This document shows positions 51,110 to 63,389 of a stretch of 64,000 nt of DNA, piece by piece (the stretch's first letter is position 1; every line of letters begins with the position of its first letter). The notes beneath the pieces are model-generated. The model saw nothing but the letters and a program-made list of their open reading frames with translations. It made no database searches and was not told the origin of the DNA. Source of the DNA: Dicyema japonicum (Eukaryota; Animalia; Dicyemida); assembly GCA_011109175.1 (NCBI GenBank), contig RDEW01000087.1, positions 1-64,000 of the forward strand, given 5' to 3'. The position numbers and the translations under genes were made by a program.

Positions 51110-51990
51110 ATTGTGGTGTTACATGTCCGTTTCTAATCATACCGAGAAATCGAATCTTATGGGCCTTCCTGCAAAATCAAATAAAGAAGATAGTATAGTA
51201 GAAGCAGGACCGTCGTCTGTGGGGCTGGATAATGTCACAAGAACTAATATCAACATCGTTGGAAATATTGGTGACCAAACCAACTTGCATTCACTATCTG
51301 CCATTATTGAAGAGGTCCACTATGTCTCTGATGCTGAGTGGGTATCTCAGATTTTTTTTACGACGAAACAAAGATTTGGAAGGATACCTAGAGGTGGCTG
51401 GAACCTTGTACTTAAAAAGTTCAATAAACTGCAATAACCTATTTAATTCCTAAAAAGGATGATTGTGAGACTCCTAAAGACTTACGTCCTATAACGTGTA
51501 TGCCAACTTTATATAAACTTATTACCAAATGTGTTAATTCCAAACTCTCAGATTTTGTGGATTCGTTTGGTCTATTATCTGACAATCAGCTGGGAACGAG
51601 GAAACATTGTCAGGAAGATAAGGAACAGGCTCTTATTAATCAATCCTTAAATAAGGAGTATGGAAACGCCCTTTATTCTGCTTGGGTGGATGTGAAGAAG
51701 GCTTTTGAATCTGTTGACCTTGAATTTTTATTTCATGTATTGGACTGCTCAGGAATACCCCGTTGGATTCTAAACTTTGTTAAGACCATAGTCAAGAAGT
51801 GGACTGTAAATCTCCACTTAGATGGAAGAAGAATTGGTTCTGTAAAACTAGGACGGGGAATTTTGCAAGGAGATTCATTATCCCCTCAACTATTTGTTAT
51901 GGTAAGGGAACCCTTGAGCAGGACCCTTAATATTATGTTTCCAAGACTCCAAATTAATCAGGAGGATCCTAATAAAAAAAATTTTTTTTG
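51110..51990 (+). mobile_element. R4/Dong-like element, N-terminus and RT, internally deleted and 3'-truncated
   Basis: LRPITCMPTLYK, NQLG, WVDVKKAFESV, RGILQGDSLSPQLF. Confidence 0.85.
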
Positions 51991-51999
51991 ATTTAATTT

Positions 52000-53560
52000 A
52001 TCAAATTAACATTTGTTTAATATTTAAAAAAACGAGTCATTAGAGGAGGATTTGGGGAAATGTTAATTCGAATGTACCCCAATTCTGTGAGAAGGTTGAA
52101 TTCATTTTAGAGGAATAATGAATTATCGGGACAGTCAATTTTACCTGAGGATTTCAAAGAATTCAAAGTCTCGTCTTAATACTACTTTAAATTGATTCTG
52201 GATGGATTCGTACCACAGACTCAAAACAAGGAACGTTATACCTGAATATTCTGGAATGTTGTTTGGATTGGGACTGAATGGACATTTACAGGACATTACA
52301 TCGAGATTACAGCATAACTACCTTAAGATTGTTAGTCATATATGTTATGCAGGGTAATACTCAATGTACTATGGCTGTGTTGCTTGGAATGTCTGCGGGA
52401 AGGTTATTTGTGCGGTTATTAGTAGGTTTGGAACTGGTGATATGGCTGTTACTTCTTTGTTGAATGTGCATAGTACAGCACTCCTTAGTGGGAGTTGTAC
52501 GATTGAGTTTCCTCTCCCAGTTCAATCAGCAGCAATTCTTAGCATTGGAATGGTACACTTTAGAGCGTGGAATGCCTCCCTTTTGAATACTCTACTTAAT
52601 GAGATTGGTTATAATGGGGGTTATATTAGCTGTGTTTTCTTCCCCCCAAGATAATACTGTGGGTTTGGAGGCATACTCACTTTGCTGGACTCTCATTTGG
52701 AATGATCTCCTTGGGAGTTGTTATTCATCTGATGAATATAGAAAGGGGATGACTGCAGTGATGAGGATGCTTAAATGACCCAGACTTTGTTGTATTTGAT
52801 GGAGGGTAGCAGAAAGTCCTGTATCGTTTGACTGATTTTAGTAATTAGTATTCTCTGCGTGGAAGTGTTCTGAATAATCCCAGTCATATTCTCAGAGTTA
52901 TTATTGTACTCATTTTAGGACTGTCGGAGAATAAACAGTGATGTCTCTTCATTTGCAGCAACAGTGGCCCTGGGACTTTTATATTTTAATACTTCTAATA
53001 GATCTTGTCTTTCATTACTACAAATTCATTATTGAGAGTCTTTCCTTACCGAATGGAATTTTAGGCTAGTCTGCTAATAAACCGGGGATTCTCACTCTTA
53101 GAGTATTATTTTGGTTTACCAAGTCTATCGCTGTGTTTGGTTGACTGGGAACTATTGAGAGTCTTTCCTTACCGAATGGAATTTTAGGCTAGTCTGCTAA
53201 TAAACCGGGGATTCTCACTCTTAGAGTATTATTTTGGTTTACCAAGTCTATCGCTGTGTTTGGTTGACTGGGAACGATTGGACTGCACAGGGGACTGTTT
53301 GTTGTCAACATTACCTTTATATGTAATTCATAAGGTAATATTTAGATGTTTAGTGGATGCCATAAAACACTTGACAGTATATGTTTGGATGATAAGGAGT
53401 TGAGTTGTTGAGTGGTTATATGACAGGGAGTGTTTTATGGCTGATTTGGGGAATGGGCATTGGCAATAGGCATTAAACTGGTTAGCAGTAATGACCGTAA
53501 TGCTATGGAATTTTTTGTTTACTGTTACCTCCGTTTAGTTGGGTTTTTTCTACAAATTTG
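52000..53560 (-). mobile_element. Highly degraded probable LINE ORF1/APE-linker region
   Basis: Pyrimidine/purine skew and weak Cys/His and SIQK..IPRSK segments; many stops. Confidence 0.3.
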
Positions 53561-55848
53561 TGAAATACAATGAATTCCCCATCTAAGAGAGTACAATTTT
53601 GTGTCTCATTCTGTCTCCCTTATTGGTAGATTTGATTATTATAATTAGATTATGTCTGTGAGTGGTTGTGTTACAGTCCTTGCAACTTGTCGTTATCTGA
53701 GAAGCAGGTTTGTGAGTGATGATAAGTACAAATATGTCAACTATGGTTCACACATGGCTGTGGCAATGTCCATTGATCTCCTCTTCTTTGCGAAATAATG
53801 GACAGTGATTATATAAGATATCGGCTGACATGTACTCCACGTGGTATTGTGGATATTTTATGTGCCTTTTACCCTCATTTCCACTCACTTGTCATTGTTA
53901 GTCGATACCATCTCCAACCGATCAGACATTTCTACACTGGCGTGTGATTGTAGTTGTTTTGATGATTCTCTATTGATTGTTGATAATGTAATTCTTATAT
54001 ATTAATTCAGGATTTGTTTGTTGTGGTGTCATTTTAGTATTGTTCTGTTTTGTCTCAGAGACAATTCACACCTGATTATCGTTTGCATTCAAACAACTTT
54101 CGGTTGATCAAAGAGTTCTTTTCTTCATTCTCTTTGAATGACCCTCCTCGTTTATTACTACCCATTTTACATAGACCACGTGTACAATGAGTTAATGAAA
54201 ATATTGATATGATAATTAATAAGCTGTATAAGTTCAATGGTGATTATGTATGTAAATGTTAGATGTATAAACTCACAAATTGATGTGTTATTTGTTGGGA
54301 ACCCGACTTGATAATTATGAAGTGATTAATATGGTTTGAAGTTGATTTAAGATATGAAAAGACAGTGTGAACATCAAACATTATTTCATTTAATATAAAG
54401 GTCCTTCTTAATTTCCACTAATATCTGATGTAATGAAGACTATTACCCAGACATCACTTGACTTTGCACGTTTTATATATTCAACGTTCTCTACTCATTA
54501 ATTTTAATAAATACTGGTTATTTGTAAGGAATCTTTAATAATACTCACATAATCCTCTAAATTTGTGACTATGATCATGATAGTGACAAATAATTAAATA
54601 ATCCGTGATATTAAGTACTAACAATATAAAGTATAACAATAAATGTCAATCAACAACAATCATTTTAAAACTTTATATAAGGTCTTGTCTTTCTATAATG
54701 CTACTTGGTGAATAACAAATTAAAAACCCACGATTGGTATGAAATTATTTAACTGTAAATGAAAGCTTTAAAGAAATTATAATGATATCTTATTTTTGTA
54801 TGTCTGTTCGATGATATAATCGTTCATGTTTTGAAGGAAAATATTCAATCTCAGCGACAGATTCATATAAATTATTGCAAAATGATTAATCGTTTAGGTA
54901 CAATTTTTCGATTAAAAACAATATTACTTATTTTTGTGACAGGGACACGAAGAATCAAATTATGATCAATAATTAATCCTTAGCCTCTTACCACCTATGT
55001 CAAAATGATTCAAGAGCTTACTCAACTGCCGAAAAGGCCAAGAGATCAAAGGGAGCAAAATACAACGTCCTACCCTAGGATGTTTTGTTCGTTCCACACG
55101 CAATTGGACCATCCATTTCCTTTGCATCTTCGAAGCTCGAAATCCTGAGTCGTCTAAGGAATCGGATTTCTCCATCTACTGGAGAAGTCATCGAACGCTG
55201 CTAACAATTTTTAGCAAATCTTGCTTACAATCCTGAGAAAGAATAGCCACACAGTCAGGACGACTGCCTTATGGCTTTTGAATGGATCTGGTAAAGCTGT
55301 TTTATTCTGACTATTTCTAACTTGATGACACGGTTGTTTTTGTAACAGAACGTTTAAAGAATTAATAGATTCTTGTTAAAGAGGCATTAATAATAAAGTC
55401 AAAAATAAAAATGTGACTTTAAAAAAAGTCCATTATTATGCAGCAAATTATTTAAGGCATTCGTATGTTGTGTAAGACTTTGTTATGTAAGACTTCTCTA
55501 ATTGCGAGTAATTTGTTCCTCTAATGCGCAATCGGTATTCGAGAAAAACAGGGTCAAGATCAAGGTAGAAGCTCCAGGGATACCTAGACTTCAGTGTTTT
55601 AAACGAACCCTAGAGAGTTTTACATTGGAGTATGAGAGACAGAGCCCGTAGATGGGAAAAGGTGTCAATTAGAAAATAAACGAGGAAAGTTGTTAAAGGT
55701 CAAATAGTAACTTTTTTAGTTGGTTTAATAGTGTCTCTAAATTCAGACATATTAATCCATCATTTGAGATATTTTTAATAAATTTTATTAAATTAATAAT
55801 AATTAAATAATTATGAAATAACCTAAATAAATAAATAATAACCTATAA

Positions 55849-56062
55849 ATGACCCTATCTCTTTGTGGATATGAATTATTAATTATTTTAATAAGTCATG
55901 TAATTCTATATCAAATGGTTTATACTAATTGGGACTTTAATCATTCAAACTATATTGAAGATAAATGCCCTTTTTCATGTTCAAAAAAATTAAATTCGAT
56001 TACTTGGAGAGCAGAAAACAAAGCATTTCTCTCTGCTAATATAACAGTAACATATATGATCA
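55849..56062 (+). pseudogene. Family B copy truncated after exon 1
   Basis: Exon 1 is intact; sequence then jumps to the equivalent of copy-1 position about 29475. Confidence 0.7.
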
Positions 56063-57401
56063 ATAATCGATAATACAGGAATGCCATGGAAACCCGCACT
56101 CATATAGTGGACAGTGGATGATAGCTATATGAATTGATCAAATGTCCAAAACATAATTATAGCTCATTACTTACTATATGAGCACGAAAGAGCTAGAAGA
56201 CAAATCACACTGCCTCATCATCAGCAGGTTGCCAATTTCAATTATTTTTTAATACAATTTTTTGGCTGTTCGTCGTTACCTCAAAGGAGGATAGGATATG
56301 AACAGTCAAATATATTTAATTCAAAAGGAGTATTGTGAATATAATTAATCCAAATTTTACTTTATGGAATATGTCTAATTTTTATGGTTTATATTCGACT
56401 AAATGCTTATTATTAAGCACTCTCACATTGTAATGACAAAACATGTGCATATCGAAGAACTAGTTATCTTATTCCACGTTCATCTGTCATAAGCAATCTC
56501 TCATAGTCTATCAGATCCTCTCAGTATCTCAGGCTTTTCCCGATCTTTTAAAGGTACCGTCAAGGCTATCTGGAGGGTGATGCTCGGTCGTTCAATGAAT
56601 CGGGGTGCGTCAGGCGAACTCCTCCATGGTTGTCTGTATGTTATTCAACATATTCAAAATTTATAAAACCAATTATTTTAAGTGTACATAACAAAGCACT
56701 TTTAACTGCCAATATAACAGTAACATTTATGAAGGATTATAAAGTTTGTAATTTTCTATTAACATTAGAATATGAAGTTTATGTTTAATAATGAAAATTA
56801 CAATCACAGTCATTGTGTTATGTCACAGAAGAGGCAAATATAGGTTATTCCACTAATTAATTGTATTAATATGGGGGTTTGGTTTATTTGATATTAATGA
56901 TAATAAGTATTCTCTATTAAATAATATGATTAACCATTATTGATTTAAAAAGTTCAATAATTTCATTTTTGAGTTAACACGTTAAATAAATTATTCTACT
57001 GGATGCAAGTTTTAGAGAATTTTTATTTTGGTTATGCAGATTTAATAAGAATTGACTTGGCATTGATTGCATGATTGCTAATTCGAGTTTTTTGTGTTTT
57101 AATGACATATATAGTTGACCTATTATAAATATGTGATTTTAAACAGTAAAATTCTACCAACTACTAACTGTTTAGAACACGTGGAATTATAATCTACAAA
57201 TCACTTTATAGGAGATTTTTTGGCCAAAAGCGAGAGCCCGACCATAGCTTATTAACTGTACATTGTATACTATTGAATTTGCACTTAACAAATATGTCAA
57301 TTTCTTATTATGTTAGAGAATTGTTTGGTTCATCAATTATACAAGCCAAAACTAACGAGAAATCATATTTTGTTAAAATTAAATAATTTAAAAAACATGA
57401 T

Positions 57402-57970
57402 CAAAAGCCTGTTCTACATTCACTGAGACCAAGCACGGTCTCTCTTGTGGATTTGGGGTATTCAGGCCGTCCGAATTGAATTGAACCATGAGTTGTTGTC
57501 CGTGAATGCTAGAGTTATGAAAGGACGAATCTTGAGAAGGACCAGATTTATAACAATCCTGATAAGTCGCAGATAATTGATACTAGGCGGTAGGAGGACA
57601 GGCAGTTTGGTGGTTTGTTTTTCTTCAGGATAGTGTGTATCAAAGATTTCTTCTATATTGACGGATCTTGTTCTCGTTAATTGAGAGGTTGATAATTTAT
57701 GTTATTGCGGCTGTCGCAAAAAGACCCAGGTGTTTCAGTTCGAGAATAGAGAAGTCATATGAACTGAGGGACGAAGAGTTATTCATTTTCCTAATTACTA
57801 GTGCACCATTGAAGGGTCGAAGAAAGTCATGTTGGGTATGTAAATCGTATATAACATTCCACGAAATGATAGCCACAAGAGAAAGGGTGGCAAAAAATGT
57901 CGGGTGGAGTAGGGGTCCCTCCGTAACTTCTAGAATCCAGTAGTAGTCATTTTAGTGAATTAGTGCAAAG
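57402..57970 (-). mobile_element. Deleted duplicate of the LINE at 30865-32760
   Basis: Matches 31652-32108 and 32651-32790. Confidence 0.8.
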
Positions 57971-57971
57971 G

Positions 57972-58232
57972 ATGATTGATAAATAAACTCCATATGTTCC
58001 TCTAAACCAATTGACGTTAAAATCTAATATGTATATCAAATTACTAGATTTGATCTTTAAATTCATGAAAAATTTATGTAGTGAATTATTCGCTAATTTT
58101 TGAATGAAATAGACAGTCATTGTGCTATTACTACGTCCTAATATTGCTTAATTTTTAAGTACCACAATTGTTAAACCGAATTTTTCTTGACTCGATAATA
58201 AACAATAAAATCCATGTAATTACAACATACAT
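57972..58232 (-). pseudogene. Family C copy, 3'-truncated by deletion
   Basis: ATG at 58232, same 25-nt first intron; homology to copy 1 ends at about 57972. Confidence 0.6.
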
Positions 58233-60154
58233 TTGATTTAAATTTTATTATAATTTGTGTAAAATTTGGTTTGCCAATAAAAAATAGAAATAGAATAAAA
58301 CAACATATCAAAAGGATAGGAAGTTTGAAATTGTCTCCCGAACTGAAAAGTTCCAGGATGTGATGGCGTCTATAATTTCTTCTTTAAGATGTTTAAATCT
58401 TTCCATCATGTAATTTTCAATGAAATGGTGAACGTTTTGAATATGAAATCTACTCCGGGGGATCACGTACCTTGTTCCGAAATTTAGTAATCCGTATTCT
58501 CCTAAAGATCTATGCCGATAAGATGTATTCCATCACTCTATAACTGATGACAAATTGTATTTATCAAAAACTTGTGTAGTAATTGGGCGAATTTAATCTC
58601 CTCAGTGAAACTTAATTAGCATCAGAAAGATGCCTAAGGAATAATCTCTCATTATTGAATCACTCAATATAGTAAATGGATTGTTTACAACATGGGTAGA
58701 TGTCAAAATCCGAAATCTGACGTAAATCTTTATTCTCTGAATACGGTATGTACAAAAAAATATACTTTAGTTATCTCATCGATTTTATGTATAATTATGT
58801 TCGCTAACACTTTCTGGAATTTATTTATTAAAATAACTCATAATTTTTCAGTCTTTGTTTTGGCTTCAATTTGTTTTTTTAATAAGCGTATGTTATTTTA
58901 TAGTGGCTTATGATATTTGATGTCTGTCGTGTAGATAATTCCGAATACTCATTTAGTGTGATCCAAAAGTTCGCACAGTAAGATTTGCAGCTTCAAAATC
59001 TCCGGAGTGCCAATCATAATCTGGGGTTGTTGCAGGTGTTAGATACGCTAGAGAAGTACTGTACTGCACTCTAGTCACAACTTTAAGCGACGGATAACTA
59101 AATCCACAGCAATGGCTTGAACTCCTCCTTTTTTTACGAAATCCAGTAGTTTATTATTATTACCCCAGGATCACTTGGTCAAAGAGAAAGAAATAAAAGT
59201 TCTCAGCTAAGTGATCCCAGAGCGACAAGGGAGAGGACAAGTCCAGCGGGGTCTAGAGTCCTGTGCTCCTTCTCTCATCGGGCATGGAATCAGCTCAATT
59301 TTTATATGTTTATGGATATTTCGTTAGTATATTAAACAGAGGGCAGCTCGGTAGAGTGATATTTGAAAATTTCCTTGTGACTCACCTCTCTTGTGATGAT
59401 ATTTTGAAAAAAGGAGTTTCTCCTTTCTTATTTTGGCTAGAGGAAAGACTAAAAGGACTTTTTACTCCGTTTGGGGATATTCCTGGTCAGCTCAAACTCA
59501 AGCCAGTAATTGCTCTCTTGTGATGATATTTTGAAAAAAGGAGTTTCTCCTTCCTTATCTTGGCTAGAGGAAAGACTAAAAGGACTTTTTACTCCGTTTG
59601 GGGATATTCCTGGTCAGCTCAAACTCAAGCCAGTAATTGGGCAGATTTAACTAAATTTAAATTTATTGAACAAGAAAAACAACGTCATAACCAGAATGAA
59701 AAAAATTCAAGTGGTCTAGGCCTCCCTCAACAGTCGCATGCTTGGACTTTCACGTTTGTGTTCAATCGCCTTTCCATAGTTTTCTTTTCAAAACGATGAT
59801 TGCATATATAGTTGTTTCCTCTATATTTTATCCATATTGAAGCAGTCAGAGACAACTGCTCCTAGGTTGAATAATCTTCACTTGAGAGTCGTTAATGCTG
59901 TTAATTACTAGATTAAATTGTTGTCAAGAATCACTCCCCAAATGTCCTTGGATAAACCTCCTGGTTAAAAAGGATGACCTATACAAAGACGAACTGTAAG
60001 AGACTATACATATTAGACCTTGGCATTGTTAAAGTGCTTAACATTATATGTGACTTTTATAATAAAATGAATCATAAATTTAATGGGAATAAGTGACCTA
60101 CGTAGGGTATAATGTTTGAAAACTGACAAATAACAAGAATAAAAGATTACAAAT

Positions 60155-63018
60155 AATTTTTTGGTAAGGTGGTGACGTGCCTCGTTTTTTCTATGTACAA
60201 CGGTTAAGAAAAATGTCATAAAAACACTCATCATACAATCGAGAACTCAGGCTATTGACGTTCAACGTACATGGAATACGGAAAGATTGGACAAGGAAAG
60301 TACTTTGTAACGATCTCGAGAAATTCAAAATATCTATTGGCTGCCTACAAGAAACGAAAATCGAAAATGGACGCGATGAGACATGGAACAACTACCTACT
60401 TATTCTCTTCCCAACTGAATGCAAGCACTACGGCATGGGATTTGCCCTACACGTGGATTACCTCAAAAAATTACATCGCTATTGGAGAGTCAACGACCGA
60501 ATATGTATCCTACAAGTCAAACTAAATGAACTATGCCCGTCCAAGAGTCTACTAACCGTCATAAATGTCTATGCACCACACTGTGGACGAGTAATCAAAA
60601 ACCCCGGTGAACTCGAGGAATTCTACTCAGTACTATCAAACACATACTCTAACAATGCTTCCTCGTCTCTTGTCTTTGTTGCGGGAGATATGAATGCAAA
60701 GGCCGGAATGCGAATGGGGCCCGAAGAATCATCTATTGGAAGACACGGGCGCGGAAGGAGAAATGCATCTGGAGCCTCTCTGGTAAACTTCTGCGAGGCA
60801 AATAGCCTTTTCCTGTGCAACACGGCCTTTACGCACTCAGCTTGCCACAAGACGACGTGGCACGGACAAAGAAAAAACTCTGTCGGAGAGACCGTGAATA
60901 TATATAATCAAATCGACTACATTATCTGCCGAAAGTCTGATAAACACCTGATAAATGATGCACGTTCCTACCAGGGAACAACAACCGACAGCGACCACAG
61001 GATCGTCATTGCAAAACTTTGTGTAAAAAAGCACCTGACTGGGAAAAAATACATTGAAAACGCGAGGAAGGCGAGACAAAGACCCAATATATACTTTCAG
61101 ACAGAAAAATTGTGGTTAGAGCCAACTTGTAGAGCTAAATATCACGAACAAATCGAGACTCTTATGGTGAAAACCGCACCGGAATCATCAGTACGAACTC
61201 TGTGAGATCAAACAAAACAGGCAATCTCCAAGTCGGCCAAAATATGCCTTGGAGTCCGAAATCATCACGCCTAAAATTGGATCACCACCCGAACGTGCCA
61301 GATATGGGAAAGCATTGCAGAGAGCTACGACTAAAAGCGGCAAACACGTCAGACGAGAGTTAAAAAAAGAGCTTAATATCCAACAAAGGGAACTAAAGTG
61401 GAAAATCAAAAAGATGAACAGAAAACACTCACGGGAAATTATTACATCCCTATTAAAAGANNNNNNNNNNNNNNNNNNNNNNNNNNNNNNNNNNNNNNNN
61501 NNNNNNNNNNNNNNNNNNNNNNNNNNNNNNNNNNNNNNNNNNNNNNNNNNNNNNNNNNNNNNNNNNNNNNNNNNNNNNNNNNNNNNNNNNNNNNNNNNNN
61601 NNNNNNNNNNNNNNNNNNNNNNNNNNNNNNNNNNNNNNNNNNNNNNNNNNNNNNNNNNNNNNNNNNNNNNNNNNNNNNNNNNNNNNNNNNNNNNNNNNNN
61701 NNNNNNNNNNNNNNNNNNNNNNNNNNNNNNNNNNNNNNNNNNNNNNNNNNNNNNNNNNNNNNNNNNNNNNNNNNNNNNNNNNNNNNNNNNNNNNNNNNNN
61801 NNNNNNNNNNNNNNNNNNNNNNNNNNNNNNNNNNNNNNNNNNNNNNNNNNNNNNNNNNNNNNNNNNNNNNNNNNNNNNNNNNNNNNNNNNNNNNNNNNNN
61901 NNNNNNNNNNNNNNNNNNNNNNNNNNNNNNNNNNNNNNNNNNNNNNNNNNNNNNNNNNNNNNNNNNNNNNNNNNNNNNNNNNNNNNNNNNNNNNNNNNNN
62001 NNNNNNNNNNNNNNNNNNNNNNNNNNNNNNNNNNNNNNNNNNNNNNNNNNNNNNNNNNNNNNNNNNNNNNNNNNNNNNNNNNNNNNNNNNNNNNNNNNNN
62101 NNNNNNNNNNNNNNNNNNNNNNNNNNNNNNNNNNNNNNNNNNNNNNNNNNNNNNNNNNNNNAGAAATGGTTTCTCAGCGTAAATGTTAACAAAACTGAAA
62201 TTACGGAAATCAAAAGAGAAGACGATAATACTCAAGAAAGATGGAGACGTACTAATAAGCTCGGTTCTCTACTAGTAGACGCTGAAGATGTACTGAGGAG
62301 GAAAACACTGGCAAATGCGGCAATGGCTAAACTGAAGAAAGGATGGCTAAGGGCCAAAGGACTTTGAATTGACATCAGATGCAGGCTTTACAACGCTTTT
62401 GTGTAACCGATCCTACAGTATAACGCTGGGACATGGGGAAGTTCCTTCAACGAACTATTGAAACTGGATTCGTTCCATAGAAGGCAACTAAGAAGCTTAC
62501 TCGGAATGGAGTGGCCACGTAGAATATCAACCACTGGTATCTACAACAAGTGTATGTGTTCTTACATCAGCAAGGATGTGATAGAACTGGATTCGTTCCA
62601 TAGAAGGCAACTAAGAAGCTTACTCGGAATGGAGTGGCCACGTAGAATATCAACCACTGGTATCTACAACAAGTGTATGTGTTCTTACATCAGCAAGGAT
62701 GTGATAGATGCCCGGTGGAGGCTATTTGGGAATGTACTAAGAATGAACCCGGACGCACCGGCTAACAAAGCGATGGAAGATTACTTTGACAGAGGCGAAA
62801 AACCCTTCCGCGGACGACCTAAATCGACACTTCCGACAGCCCTAAACAAAGACTTAAATCGTGTGAGAAAAAATTTAAAGACAGGAGACGACCTGACGAA
62901 TTGAGATCACTCGCATTCGAGAGAGGAAAGACTAACTATAAATATTGTTTCTTTGAGTGTTGCACATGCGTGGCTATAATCATTTTGGCTTTCGTGAAAG
63001 TGCTTTAATAATAATAAT
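60155..63018 (+). mobile_element. Full-length-sized RTE LINE (RT core lies in the gap)
   Basis: Intact 316-codon APE region (LQETK, NVYAPH, GDMNAK, NQIDY, DSDH), thumb and tail. Absent from copy 1 at 36230-36233; AAAT flanks both ends. Confidence 0.92.
61461..62161. other. Assembly gap (701 N)
   Basis: Run of N. Confidence 1.
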
Positions 63019-63021
63019 AAA

Positions 63022-63302
63022 TCAATAAAATGAAACCAACACAATTCCATCCCCTCTAATAAACAGCATGTTAATATCTTCGTTTGATCTATTAATACAA
63101 CAAGCATATTACACGTGACATTTATTTCAGTGATTTATTGTCAATTTCTACTGAGATTACCTTTTCCTGTACATTATAATTACACCATATTGAACTGTTG
63201 GTCGTATGCCTGTAGTTTGCCTGATATTTCTCTGTTATATCTCATTTTTATTAGTATTCTCTCGTTTAAACTTAATTTTAATAAATCAAAAGGGTCTTCC
63301 AT
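63022..63302 (-). pseudogene. LSM3: LSm3 pseudogene, copy 2
   Basis: Same sequence and lesions as 36233-36510, but retains NVQEKVISVEID. Confidence 0.85.
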
Positions 63303-63389
63303 ATTTGATATTTGCTCTAGTTTAACAGATATTGTTATTTTTAAATTATTAATTTTAATTTAATTAATTTATTGAATTAAATTTTTGCA

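Noticed and set aside
61188-62367. Long ORFs containing X
   Set aside because: Artefacts of the N gap.
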